From NCBI GenBank assembly GCA_041657885.1, contig JBBABB010000001.1, positions 267,184 to 331,183 of the forward strand: DNA of 64,000 bases. The letters are read 5' to 3'. Below, piece after piece: positions 18,103 to 27,038 of this stretch (position 1 is the first letter of the stretch; every line of letters starts with the position of its first letter). Made by a program: the position numbers and the translations under genes. The stretch comes from Minisyncoccota bacterium. GTDB taxonomy: Bacteria > Patescibacteriota > Minisyncoccia > Phycocordibacterales > UBA9973. A model generated the notes under the pieces. That model had not been told where the DNA came from and made no database searches. It saw nothing but the letters and a program-made list of their open reading frames with translations.

Positions 18103-18816
18103 ATGATTGAATTATTACAAAATCCTAAAATACTCTTGTTCGCCATTATAAGTGGTATAGTTCCAGCTATATTTTGGCTTTGGTTTTGGCTAAAAGAAGA
18201 AGATGAAGACGATCGTGAACCAATAGGACTTATCATTATATCTTTCATACTTGGTGGATTAATGGTTTTTGTTGCTGTTTGGCTTGAAAAATACTCCCTA
18301 AACTTTATTAAAGATAGTACTGTAAAAATTGTAACGTGGGCAACCATTGAAGAATTGCTTAAGTTTTTTGGCGTGGCAATTATTATATTCGGAAATCGTA
18401 ATATCAATGAGCCAATAGATTATCCTATATATTTTATAGCAACAGCACTAGGATTTGCTGCACTGGAAAATTTCCTTTATTTATTAAATCCATTTAATGT
18501 AAGCGGAACAATGGTCGGTATGCTTACTGGGAATTTGAGGTTCCTTGGTTCTACTTTACTACATGCCATATCAAGTGCTATGATAGGTAGTGCTCTGGGA
18601 TTATCTTTTTACCTAAAAAAATATCGAGCAATATATCTTTTCGCTGGTATATTATGTGCTGTCGCCTTGCATAGTGTCTTTAATTTTTTTATAATGAAAG
18701 GAAGTGGTGAAAATTTCCTTTCTGTTTTTGGATTTTTGTGGGTCGTCACGATTATTAACATACTTATATTTGAAAAATTAAAACGTATGGGCAAACATGT
18801 TCCCGTACTTAATTAA
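18103..18816 (+). CDS. PrsW-family intramembrane metalloprotease-like membrane protein
   Basis: The 237 aa polytopic protein has an EExxK motif (IEELLKFFG) and downstream His-containing helices (HAIS, ALHSVFNFF), as in PrsW/M82. Confidence 0.45.
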   Translation: MIELLQNPKILLFAIISGIVPAIFWLWFWLKEEDEDDREPIGLIIISFILGGLMVFVAVWLEKYSLNFIKDSTVKIVTWATIEELLKFFGVAIIIFGNRNINEPIDYPIYFIATALGFAALENFLYLLNPFNVSGTMVGMLTGNLRFLGSTLLHAISSAMIGSALGLSFYLKKYRAIYLFAGILCAVALHSVFNFFIMKGSGENFLSVFGFLWVVTIINILIFEKLKRMGKHVPVLN

Positions 18817-18825
18817 ATAAATAAT

Positions 18826-19323
18826 ATGATGAAAAAGAAATCATTTTTAGAACGCCTTACAGGTAGTATTCGATTTGAAGATAATGAGGAAAACGAGGAA
18901 GAAGAAGTGTCTTCTAATGGGTCAAAGAGAAAGATTAATTTTGAGTTAAAAGATAAAGACTTACCAAAAGAACCAAAATGGGAAGAAGAAATAGATGCGG
19001 AGTTAACAGTAGACCTATATCAAACCCCATCAGATATTATTGTACAGACAATGGTTGCTGGAGTACAACCAGATAACCTTTCTATAACTATTACTCGTGA
19101 TATGATTACAGTCCGTGGTAAACGTGAAGAAAATCAATCAATTGATAAAGATAATTACTTTGTCCAAGAACTTTACTGGGGATCATTCTCTAGAACCATT
19201 TCCCTACCAGAAGAAGTTGACCCCGAGGGAGCCGAAGCAATTGAAAAACATGGATTGTTAATTATTAAACTTCCGAAATTAGACAAAAATAGAGAGACGA
19301 AATTAAAAGTAAAATCAATTTAA
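18826..19323 (+). CDS. Hsp20/alpha-crystallin family small heat-shock protein
   Basis: A conserved alpha-crystallin domain (DLYQTPSDIIVQTMVAGVQPDNLSITI ... GSFSRTISLPEEVDPEGAEAIEKHGLLIIKLPK) is present. Confidence 0.8.
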   Translation: MMKKKSFLERLTGSIRFEDNEENEEEEVSSNGSKRKINFELKDKDLPKEPKWEEEIDAELTVDLYQTPSDIIVQTMVAGVQPDNLSITITRDMITVRGKREENQSIDKDNYFVQELYWGSFSRTISLPEEVDPEGAEAIEKHGLLIIKLPKLDKNRETKLKVKSI

Positions 19324-19325
19324 TT

Positions 19326-19356
19326 AAAAATCCTCCGACAATGTTGGAGGATTTTT
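19326..19356 (+). terminator. Rho-independent terminator after the hsp20 gene
   Basis: aaaaatcctccgacaatgttggaggattttt is an 8-bp GC-containing stem followed by a T-tract. Confidence 0.7.
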
Positions 19357-19365
19357 AATTTATTG

Positions 19366-19438
19366 TGCTTGGAGGCAGATTTGCACTGCCGACCCTTCCC
19401 TCTTCAGGGGAATGCTCTACTAACTGAGCTATCCAAGC
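19366..19438 (-). tRNA. tRNA-Phe (anticodon GAA)
   Basis: The minus-strand read GCTTGGATAGCTCAGTTAGTAGAGCATTCCCCTGAAGAGGGAAGGGTCGGCAGTGCAAATCTGCCTCCAAGCA folds as a cloverleaf with a 7-bp acceptor stem and anticodon loop CTGAAGA. No CCA is encoded. Confidence 0.75.
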
Positions 19439-19443
19439 GTATT

Positions 19444-19743
19444 TTATTCATTCAATGATTTTAATAAATTTTGTATGTCTGCTCCTCCGTTTTTAAGATT
19501 TTTTGTAATATCACTAACATTGTTTATTCCAGATACTCCTCCTGTATATACATTCAACAAATTTCCTAAATAAGGTTTAATAAAGTAAAAAGCTCCAACC
19601 GAAACTCCTATAATGAGAAACCAGTAAAAAATACGTGTAATCTGGGCCCAACGTTGAATTTTATAGAGTTTAAGAAGTATTTTATTATTCTCTTTAGATA
19701 ATCTTAAATTTTCCTCTAAAAGTTTTTTTGTTTCTTCTTCCAT
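19444..19743 (-). CDS. Hypothetical membrane protein with N-terminal coiled-coil
   Basis: The 99 aa protein has an N-terminal coiled-coil segment and one central TM helix. I recognise no family. Confidence 0.35.
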   Translation of the reverse strand: MEEETKKLLEENLRLSKENNKILLKLYKIQRWAQITRIFYWFLIIGVSVGAFYFIKPYLGNLLNVYTGGVSGINNVSDITKNLKNGGADIQNLLKSLNE

Positions 19744-19792
19744 TAATTATACTTTATCATATTTAAATGGAAAATAAAAGGTGCTAAAAAAG

Positions 19793-19973
19793 TGCCCTCG
19801 GCCAGAGTCGGACTGACATTAGACCCTTAGGACGGGCCGGTTCCCCGCCTGCCTAAGCCTGTGCCCCCGACACGAATCGAACGTACATCTATCCCTTAGG
19901 ACGGGACTGTTCTATCCATTGAACTACGGGGGCATAGGCACTGGCGGGCAGGTATCCGTTGAACTACGAGGGC
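19793..19973 (-). tRNA. Second tRNA-Arg(CCT)-like gene, interrupted in its D-loop by a 109-nt insertion that contains the complete tRNA-Arg above. The 5' piece is 19953-19973 and the 3' piece is 19793-19843.
   Basis: The 5' piece GCCCTCGTAGTTCAACGGATA joined to the 3' piece GAACCGGCCCGTCCTAAGGGTCTAATGTCAGTCCGACTCTGGCCGAGGGCA forms a full 72-nt cloverleaf (acceptor GCCCTCG/CGAGGGC). The insert is bounded by CCCCGCCTGCC...GGCGGGCAGG palindrome arms of repeat family A. Confidence 0.4.
19862..19933 (-). tRNA. tRNA-Arg (anticodon CCT), complete and embedded within a larger interrupted tRNA-like gene
   Basis: The minus-strand read GCCCCCGTAGTTCAATGGATAGAACAGTCCCGTCCTAAGGGATAGATGTACGTTCGATTCGTGTCGGGGGCA has a perfect 7-bp acceptor stem, a D-arm GTTC/GAAC, anticodon loop GTCCTAA and T-loop TTCGATT. 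Confidence 0.6.
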
Positions 19974-19980
19974 AATTTTG

Positions 19981-20220
19981 CTACTCTTTAATATCCAAAA
20001 GCTCCATAATTTTAGGCTTATTAAAACCAACGACTAATTTATCATCAATCGCAATAACGGGAACTCCCATTTGTCCACTTTTATCTATCATTTCTTTTCT
20101 TTTTTCTAAATTAGAAGAAACATCAAAATCTTCATAAACAATTCCTTTAGATGTAAAGAAATCTTTTGCCATGCGACAAAAATGACATGTTGGTGTACTG
20201 TAAACTGTTACTTTGCTCAT
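19981..20220 (-). CDS. Glutaredoxin-like protein (NrdH/Grx family thiol-disulfide oxidoreductase)
   Basis: The 79 aa protein has a CHFC active site after an N-terminal beta strand (VTVYSTPTCHFCRMAK) and a thioredoxin-fold C-terminal (GVPVIAIDDKLVVGF). Confidence 0.75.
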   Translation of the reverse strand: MSKVTVYSTPTCHFCRMAKDFFTSKGIVYEDFDVSSNLEKRKEMIDKSGQMGVPVIAIDDKLVVGFNKPKIMELLDIKE

Positions 20221-20392
20221 AATTTTTCTTTGGCTCGCCGTAGCGGAAGCGGAGGCGGCTATTATTAATTAATAAAGGATTTTCATTGTAACATAAAAAT
20301 AAAAATAAAAACAATTGTGCGAGTAGCGAGAATCGGACTCGCGTTTTTTGCTTGGGAAGCAAACATATTACCACTATATGATACTCGCATTT

Positions 20393-20773
20393 TTATTTAT
20401 TAAATATCTTTTTAACCCAATTCCAAAAACCATGACTCGTTTTATTGTCTATTACTGAAGAATTATTTTTATTTTCTTCATCAACTATTATTACCATTTT
20501 TTCTCCTTCTTTGGCAACTTGATATTTTTCTCTAATTATTTCTTCCTTACCTTCTTCTGTATCTAATTTTGATATGTCGAGAGATAAAGAAGATTCTCTT
20601 TGTTTTAAACTGTCTATTTGGTCTAAAATAAGTTCTTTTTTGTGAGAAGTTTCTCTTTCTTTTTGAATCAAGCCTACAATATTATATCCAAACAATACCA
20701 AAATACAAAAAAGAAATACCAGAGCAACCGGCGAATGCCAAAACTTATAATTACTTTTCTTCCATTTCTTCAT
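20393..20773 (-). CDS. FtsB/DivIC-like septum formation initiator (bitopic membrane coiled-coil protein)
   Basis: The 126 aa protein has one N-terminal TM helix, a coiled coil and an IIREKYQVAKEGEKMVII segment resembling the FtsB/DivIC C-terminal motif. Confidence 0.45.
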   Translation of the reverse strand: MKKWKKSNYKFWHSPVALVFLFCILVLFGYNIVGLIQKERETSHKKELILDQIDSLKQRESSLSLDISKLDTEEGKEEIIREKYQVAKEGEKMVIIVDEENKNNSSVIDNKTSHGFWNWVKKIFNK

Positions 20774-20918
20774 AATTAATGGTAGTATTATATCATGTTT
20801 TTCAACACAAAAAATAAGAAGAAAATAGAGAAAGCTTTTGCTATAGTTTCAATACTTGTAATCATAAGTATGATATTACTCTATATGCCTGGACTTTTTA
20901 GATAAGGGTAATAAAAAG

Positions 20919-22808
20919 CTAATTGTTACTACCACGTATCATTTTTAAAAACACATCATGGGATATGTTTATTTTTGCGTTTGATTGCATTCTTTTCTTA
21001 CCCCTTTTTTGTTTCTCAAGCAACTTTTTCTTTCTACTCACATCCCCTCCACCCACAACTTTACTTCTGTGCATAAGAACATCCTTTCTGAAAGCAGACA
21101 CTGATTCTGATGATATAATTCGCCCTAATGCCTTCCCTTGAATTTTAAAAGCAAATTGCTGTCTTGGAATAATATCTTTTAATTTTTCAACTTGGGCTTT
21201 CGCTTCATCTGTCACTTTTCTTCGTGATACCACTCGACAAAATGCCACCATTGGTTCATCAGCGACAACGATATCAAGCCTAACAACATCAGCTTCTCTG
21301 TACTCACCTATTTCATACGAAATAGAAGAATACCCCGAAGTGATGCTTTTCATATCATCAAAAAAATTACGCATGAGTTCTCGTAATGGCATTTCTAAAT
21401 CAATCGAGGACCTGTTGTCTCCAAAATTATCAGTTCCTTTAACTATGGCTTCGTGGTCATAGAAGAATGGCATAAGAGAACTTATATAGGTTGATGGGGT
21501 GATAATTTTTACATTGACCCACGGCTCAAAAACTTTGACGATATTTCCATCATCAGGGAAAAGATGAGGTGAGTAAATAATTTCTTCTTTTCCATTACGA
21601 AGTAATACTTTGTAAGTAATAGAAGGCATTGTTACTATTAATTGTAAATTAAATTCACGACTCAACCTTTCTGTAATTATTTCTAAATGAAGCATCCCCA
21701 AAAAACCACAGCGATATCCTCTCCCAAGTGAACCTGAATTTTCTTCTTCATATGAAAAAGATGAATCTGATAGTCGTAGTCGCCCCAGTGCTTGTCTGAG
21801 ATTGGGAAAATCATCCTGACTTTCTGGGTACACAGAGGCCCAAACTACTGGTTTAGGATTTTTATACCCCGGTAAAGCAAGCATCGGCTTTTTAAGAAAA
21901 GTAATAGTATCTCCAACTGATGCAATTCCTGGTTTTTTAATACCTGTCACAATATAACCAATTTCTCCACTACTTAAAAATTCACGTGGTTGTTCTTCGG
22001 GAGAAAATGTCCCAACTTCAAGTGAAATAAATTTTTCGGCAGAAACTGCAAACAAAAGTGATTCTCCTTTTTTAAATCCTCCATTAACCACACGTACATA
22101 AACTATAACTCCTCTATGATTATCATATTTGAAATCAAAAACTAAAGCTCGCCCTGTGTTTGATGATAATGCTAAATTTTCTCCAATATGAGGACAAGGA
22201 ATCTTTTTTATTATTTCTTCAAGTAACATTGCCACACCCTCACCCGTTTTTCCCGAAACAAGTAAAATAGTGTCTGGGTCGATGTCTAAAAGTAGCGCCA
22301 CTTCCATTTTTATTTCTTCAACTCGAGCCAGTGATGAATCAATCTTGGAAAGTACTGGTATAATCACAAGCCCAGAATCACGCGCCATTTGTAAGGTAGT
22401 GAGTGTTTGAGCTTGCACGCCCTGAGTCGCGTCCACGAGCAAAATAGAGCCTTCTACGGCCTTAAGAGCGCGAGAAACTTCATAAGAGAAGTCAATATGC
22501 CCAGGCGTATCTATCAAATTCAAAATATAATTCTCACCCCCTCCATGCCTCCCCCAAGAGGAGAGGTTTTGAATTTCCCCTTCCCCTTTGGGGAGGGGTT
22601 GGGGTGAGGTGTACTCCATTCTAACGGGCTGCATTTTTATAGTAATACCACGTTCTCTTTCCAATTCCATTGAATCTAAAACTTGATCTTTCATTTTACG
22701 TTTTTCTATCGTGCCAGTTATTTCTATCATTCGGTCAGCCAAAGTACTCTTGCCATGGTCAATGTGGGCAATAATTGAAAAATTTCTGATATTCTTAATA
22801 TCTGTCAT
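20919..22808 (-). CDS. lepA: Elongation factor 4 (LepA) with an in-frame MITE-like insertion of about 26 aa in the GTPase domain
   Basis: FSIIAHIDHGKSTLADR, NLIDTPGH and the LepA C-terminal domain match EF4. The insertion SPQPLPKGEGEIQNLSSWGRHGGGEN is encoded by the GC-rich element at 22534-22612. Confidence 0.9.
   Translation of the reverse strand: MTDIKNIRNFSIIAHIDHGKSTLADRMIEITGTIEKRKMKDQVLDSMELERERGITIKMQPVRMEYTSPQPLPKGEGEIQNLSSWGRHGGGENYILNLIDTPGHIDFSYEVSRALKAVEGSILLVDATQGVQAQTLTTLQMARDSGLVIIPVLSKIDSSLARVEEIKMEVALLLDIDPDTILLVSGKTGEGVAMLLEEIIKKIPCPHIGENLALSSNTGRALVFDFKYDNHRGVIVYVRVVNGGFKKGESLLFAVSAEKFISLEVGTFSPEEQPREFLSSGEIGYIVTGIKKPGIASVGDTITFLKKPMLALPGYKNPKPVVWASVYPESQDDFPNLRQALGRLRLSDSSFSYEEENSGSLGRGYRCGFLGMLHLEIITERLSREFNLQLIVTMPSITYKVLLRNGKEEIIYSPHLFPDDGNIVKVFEPWVNVKIITPSTYISSLMPFFYDHEAIVKGTDNFGDNRSSIDLEMPLRELMRNFFDDMKSITSGYSSISYEIGEYREADVVRLDIVVADEPMVAFCRVVSRRKVTDEAKAQVEKLKDIIPRQQFAFKIQGKALGRIISSESVSAFRKDVLMHRSKVVGGGDVSRKKKLLEKQKRGKKRMQSNAKINISHDVFLKMIRGSNN
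22534..22612 (-). mobile_element. Solo MITE-like GC-rich element (family F) inserted in frame in lepA
   Basis: It reads ctcacccccctccatgcctcccccaagaggagaggttttgaatttccccttcccctttggggaggggttggggtgag, with terminal inverted repeats CTCACCCC/GGGGTGAG. It is related to the leuS copies. Confidence 0.55.
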
Positions 22809-22850
22809 TCTTCTATCCTAACAAAAAAGACCCTGAAATCAAAGGTCATA

Positions 22851-22879
22851 CCTAGATAGAGGCTTCGCCTCTATCTAGG
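22851..22879 (-). terminator. Hairpin terminator between murJ and lepA
   Basis: cctagatagaggc-ttcg-gcctctatctagg is a 13-bp perfect stem with a TTCG tetraloop. Confidence 0.5.
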
Positions 22880-22885
22880 ATATGA

Positions 22886-24574
22886 TTACAGTTCGCCTTG
22901 TTCGGGGGCGATGACGCGGTTACGCCAGAATTTATTTTTAAAGGCATGGATGATATCAAATAATTCTTTATTCTTTAACATAATCAAAACTAACACTCCA
23001 GTGGTTATGCCTAAAATTCCAGACAAAAATCCCTGTAAGAAAATTCCTTTTCCTGTATTTATATTAAATATATTATCAAAAAAACCTAAAGAAATATAAG
23101 TAACTAATCCCATAACAACTGCACTTATAGTACTTTGAATAAAAGTTAAAGAGAGGTTAATTTTTTTATTGTCAAGAAAATCTCTTTTGAATAAAATCCA
23201 GATTAAAAAGAAATTGAGGAGTGAGCCCATAGCATAAGCAAGTGGCAATGCCAACATTATAGTCCCTGGAACATCTTTAACCCGTAAAATTATTTCTAAC
23301 CTTGAAAGTAATTCTGGATAATTACGGAAAATATAAATTAATATTTGGGCAAAAACAATAACCATAACAGAGGAAAAAACGTTTATTAATAAGGGTTTTT
23401 TTGTGTTTCCTGCGGCATAATATCCTCTAACAAATAAGAGTACAAGTCCCTGAGAAGCAAGTGATATTACAAAAAGTGCAACTGAAGCGGCAGTTAAACG
23501 AGTATCAAACCACGAGAAATTATTTGAACCGAGTATTACACGGACAATCTGAGCACGAAGAACAATTAAAAGAGTAATTGCGGGTAGTGACCAAAATATA
23601 ATTTGCCTAGCAGCAAAAATTATCTGCCCAATAAAATTATCCATATCTTTCATAGAAAATGATTTAACTAAAATTGGAAAAGCTGCCACGGAATAAGAAA
23701 TGCCAATAATACCGACTGGAACAGATTGAAGATTGTAAGCAAAAGTAAATAAAGATATAGACCCTTCCTTAAGAGTTGAAGCCATAGCTATAAGAAAAAT
23801 AAAAGCCAAACTATTACATGAAAGAGCTAATGTTCTCGGAGCAGATAATTTTACCACATGGATGACTTCTCGCCATTTTATTTTAAAACTAAATTTAGGG
23901 AAAAAGTTATGCTTCAACACCACGGGAACTTGTATAAGGAAATGCATAGTAGCCCCCACAATAACTCCAATACTTAAGCCATAAACTCCAAATTGGGGAT
24001 AAAGAAATATTACACCTAAAAGAATTCCAAAATTATAAAAGATAGGAGATAATGAGAAAACAAGAAAATTTCTAAATAATTGAGTCACTGTGCCAATCAA
24101 ATTAGATAATCCAATAAAAATTGGGGAGATCAACATTATGCGACTAGTTGTAATTAGTAAATGAATCTGAGAATCATTAAAACCAGGAGCTATATAAGAA
24201 ACTATATACGGAATAAAAATAGCAATTAAAATACTGGCCAATGCCATAAAGAGCATGAAGGCACTAAAAATATTATTCATAAATGCCCGAGCTTTGAGAG
24301 TTGTATCATTATCATTATTTATTTTATCCATCAAAAACGGCATAAGCACCGTAACGGAAGCAAGAGAAGCTATAGATATATATAAAAAATCCGGTATTCT
24401 AAAAGCTGCATAATAGACATCTAGTGTTGGGCCTGCTCCAACTATATGAGCAAGCGTTCTGTCTCTAATTAGCCCTAATAACTGAGACAGAAAAGCAAAG
24501 CCGCCAAGTAATAGGGCGGCTTCGTTTACTCCACGGAATTCTTTATTTAGGAATGTAAGAATACGATTAACCAT
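22886..24574 (-). CDS. murJ: Lipid II flippase MurJ (MviN)
   Basis: The 562 aa polytopic protein has a MurJ-like N-terminus (LLGGFAFLSQLLGLIRDRTLAHIVGAGPTLDVYYAAFRIPDFLY). Confidence 0.8.
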   Translation of the reverse strand: MVNRILTFLNKEFRGVNEAALLLGGFAFLSQLLGLIRDRTLAHIVGAGPTLDVYYAAFRIPDFLYISIASLASVTVLMPFLMDKINNDNDTTLKARAFMNNIFSAFMLFMALASILIAIFIPYIVSYIAPGFNDSQIHLLITTSRIMLISPIFIGLSNLIGTVTQLFRNFLVFSLSPIFYNFGILLGVIFLYPQFGVYGLSIGVIVGATMHFLIQVPVVLKHNFFPKFSFKIKWREVIHVVKLSAPRTLALSCNSLAFIFLIAMASTLKEGSISLFTFAYNLQSVPVGIIGISYSVAAFPILVKSFSMKDMDNFIGQIIFAARQIIFWSLPAITLLIVLRAQIVRVILGSNNFSWFDTRLTAASVALFVISLASQGLVLLFVRGYYAAGNTKKPLLINVFSSVMVIVFAQILIYIFRNYPELLSRLEIILRVKDVPGTIMLALPLAYAMGSLLNFFLIWILFKRDFLDNKKINLSLTFIQSTISAVVMGLVTYISLGFFDNIFNINTGKGIFLQGFLSGILGITTGVLVLIMLKNKELFDIIHAFKNKFWRNRVIAPEQGEL

Positions 24575-24592
24575 TGCTAATTTAAAGAATAA

Positions 24593-26962
24593 TTATTGTT
24601 TTTCTTGTAATGGTGGTTTTGTCGTACTATCTACTGTTTTAGTAGTATCGCTTTGTTGTGTAGGTGCATTAATTCCACTTATAGCATCTTTTATATCTTG
24701 ATTATCTGGAGCAATCTTGCTCAAGATATTAAATTGTATTAAAGCGTCACTTGTTCGTCCAACTTTCTTATATGACATACCTAAAAAGTAACGAGCGTTC
24801 AAGTAGCTATTATCTAAAATAACAGCTTTTTCAAAAGCGGAAACTGCCCCAGTATAATCACTTTTATTATAACGTAGTAACCCAAGTCTAAAGAAAACAG
24901 TAGGATCGTTTGGGGCTAATTCCCCTGCATATTCGGCTTGTTTTATAGCCTCAGAGAGATTACCTTCATTTGTTTCTATTTGAACTAGAAAGAAAATAGC
25001 ATCTATATAATTAGCCTTCAAATCGAGAGCTTGTTTTATATACTTTCTTGCTTCACTATTATTTTTATTTGTAAATTCAAGCGATGCTTTCGCTAAAATT
25101 ATAGATGGATTATTTGGAGCAAGTTGTGATGCTTTATTATAAGCAGCGATAGCACTTTCGTAGCTATTAGTGACAGATAAGGAAACTAGCGCACTATAAA
25201 CATTACCAAGGTTCATGTAATTTAAATATTGTTTTGGATTTTGATTTACCGCTAACCCTGCAGATTCTTGAGCAAGATTTATAAGTTGCTGAAGGTTTGA
25301 TTTAAGTGTATCTTGGGAAATTCCTTTATCATTAACAAGTATACCGATTTTACTTATGTATATTTGTGATAAGTTACGATAATAAACGTCATTTTTATCC
25401 AGATTTATCGCTTTTAATAACATTTCTTCTGAGGTAGATAGGGATTCCATTGTATTTTCACTATTTAATGCTTTAGAGAAATAAATAACCGAAGTAAATT
25501 TTTCAACATAAATATAGGTTAAAGAAATAGCAGAAACCATTAAAACAAGCAAAATCAGAATGGAAAAAAAACTATTGCGTGGATCAGATAAGAAGGAGAA
25601 ATCCTTGACTGGAATTGCTTGCTTATGAACCAATATACTAATCAATATACCGCTTGAAGAAAATGCCAACATTAACATCAAAATATTAGGATTATAAAAG
25701 ATAATAGTAACCCATGAATATATTGAAACCATTAAGGTCGTCATTATAAAATAGTTAGAGAGCGGATTCTGTAATGCTATACGGATAGATTGAATACCCC
25801 TTGCAACATATATAACTAAGAATAATAACAATGAAATAAGACCGAGTAATCCAGTGGTTACAACAAAGGTAGTAAACAAACTAAAACCATTTGTAAAATC
25901 AACATTCCAGAATATTGTCTGCGCTATTTCTTTTGGTTGCCAAAGAGCCCAGTCAATGACAAAGGTGTTTGGACCAGTTCCAAAGAGTGGGTTGTGTTTT
26001 ATAGATTTCCATGCAATTTGAGTTGTAGTTACTATTGATGGACGAATATCAGGATTATTAAGGTTTACATATTTAGAAATAAAACCATTTACCAAATTAC
26101 CACCAACTAAGAACATCAAAGAAACAAAGATAATAATTAAAGAAGTAAAAGGAAATTTCTTTTTATTGTTTTCACCTTGAATAATTTTAACTCCGGAATG
26201 TTGTAAAGATGTACTATAAACAAAAATAATTACAGAAAAAACACCAACAAGAATCCATGCTAAAGGAATATTTATTATAACAAGGAATAACAATCCTAGA
26301 ACCAATAACAAATATTGAGCTATTTTAAATACTCCCTTTGTTTTTAATAATTCTAGAGTAAATATTGATAGCAAAACCAAAAGACCAAACAATAGGGCAA
26401 AGTTATTCCAACTACCAACTAAATTGCCCGATGATACTCCTTGTAAAAACCCTGGTAAAATACGGTCAAAACCAATAAATATATTAAACAACTCAAATAA
26501 TGCCAAAAACAATCCCCCTATAAATAAAGCGCCTATAAAATACCATGAACGCTTCTCTGATTGAAAATAAATAGAGGATAAGAAAAAAATAATGAAAAGA
26601 ACCAGCATTGACCCGAATGTTCCAATCTCAAAACCACTACCAAAAAGTGATACATATAGAGACGATGAAAAAAATGAAGAAACCAAAAATACCAAAGGAA
26701 TAGCCATTGCAAATAAAATCAATTTATCTTTAGGAACCACAAATTTACCATCACCTAATCTAGAGATTAACCAGAAAAACAGAGAAAGCGTTACTCCGAC
26801 AGATAATAGAAATCCTTTACTTGCTTCAAGTGTGACAGAAGTATAAGGAATAAAGAAGAAAAGACACGCAAACAAAGTAAAAAGAAGAGTCACAAACGAC
26901 AATTTATTAAAAAATGCTACTTTTTTTGATTCCATTTGATTTTGCAAAATCATGTCGCGCAA
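24593..26962 (-). CDS. Polytopic membrane protein with O-antigen ligase/polymerase-like (Wzy_C-type) domain and C-terminal TPR repeats
   Basis: The 789 aa protein has about 12 TM helices followed by roughly 5 TPR-like repeats (AIAAYNKASQLAPNN..., AIKQAEYAGELAPND..., AVSAFEKAVILDNSY...). Confidence 0.45.
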   Translation of the reverse strand: MRDMILQNQMESKKVAFFNKLSFVTLLFTLFACLFFFIPYTSVTLEASKGFLLSVGVTLSLFFWLISRLGDGKFVVPKDKLILFAMAIPLVFLVSSFFSSSLYVSLFGSGFEIGTFGSMLVLFIIFFLSSIYFQSEKRSWYFIGALFIGGLFLALFELFNIFIGFDRILPGFLQGVSSGNLVGSWNNFALLFGLLVLLSIFTLELLKTKGVFKIAQYLLLVLGLLFLVIINIPLAWILVGVFSVIIFVYSTSLQHSGVKIIQGENNKKKFPFTSLIIIFVSLMFLVGGNLVNGFISKYVNLNNPDIRPSIVTTTQIAWKSIKHNPLFGTGPNTFVIDWALWQPKEIAQTIFWNVDFTNGFSLFTTFVVTTGLLGLISLLLFLVIYVARGIQSIRIALQNPLSNYFIMTTLMVSIYSWVTIIFYNPNILMLMLAFSSSGILISILVHKQAIPVKDFSFLSDPRNSFFSILILLVLMVSAISLTYIYVEKFTSVIYFSKALNSENTMESLSTSEEMLLKAINLDKNDVYYRNLSQIYISKIGILVNDKGISQDTLKSNLQQLINLAQESAGLAVNQNPKQYLNYMNLGNVYSALVSLSVTNSYESAIAAYNKASQLAPNNPSIILAKASLEFTNKNNSEARKYIKQALDLKANYIDAIFFLVQIETNEGNLSEAIKQAEYAGELAPNDPTVFFRLGLLRYNKSDYTGAVSAFEKAVILDNSYLNARYFLGMSYKKVGRTSDALIQFNILSKIAPDNQDIKDAISGINAPTQQSDTTKTVDSTTKPPLQEKQ

Positions 26963-27038
26963 TTGTCTTTTAAGCGCAACGTTGATAAATTAAATAATAA
27001 TATAACCGTTTAATTATACACAATAAGTGTAAATAAAA

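Noticed and set aside
22534-22612. The LepA insertion considered as an intein
   Set aside because: It is only about 26 aa. It has no Cys/Ser/Thr at the N-junction, no His-Asn plus Cys/Ser/Thr at the C-junction, and no Hint or homing-endonuclease blocks. It belongs to a DNA-level repeat family with terminal inverted repeats.
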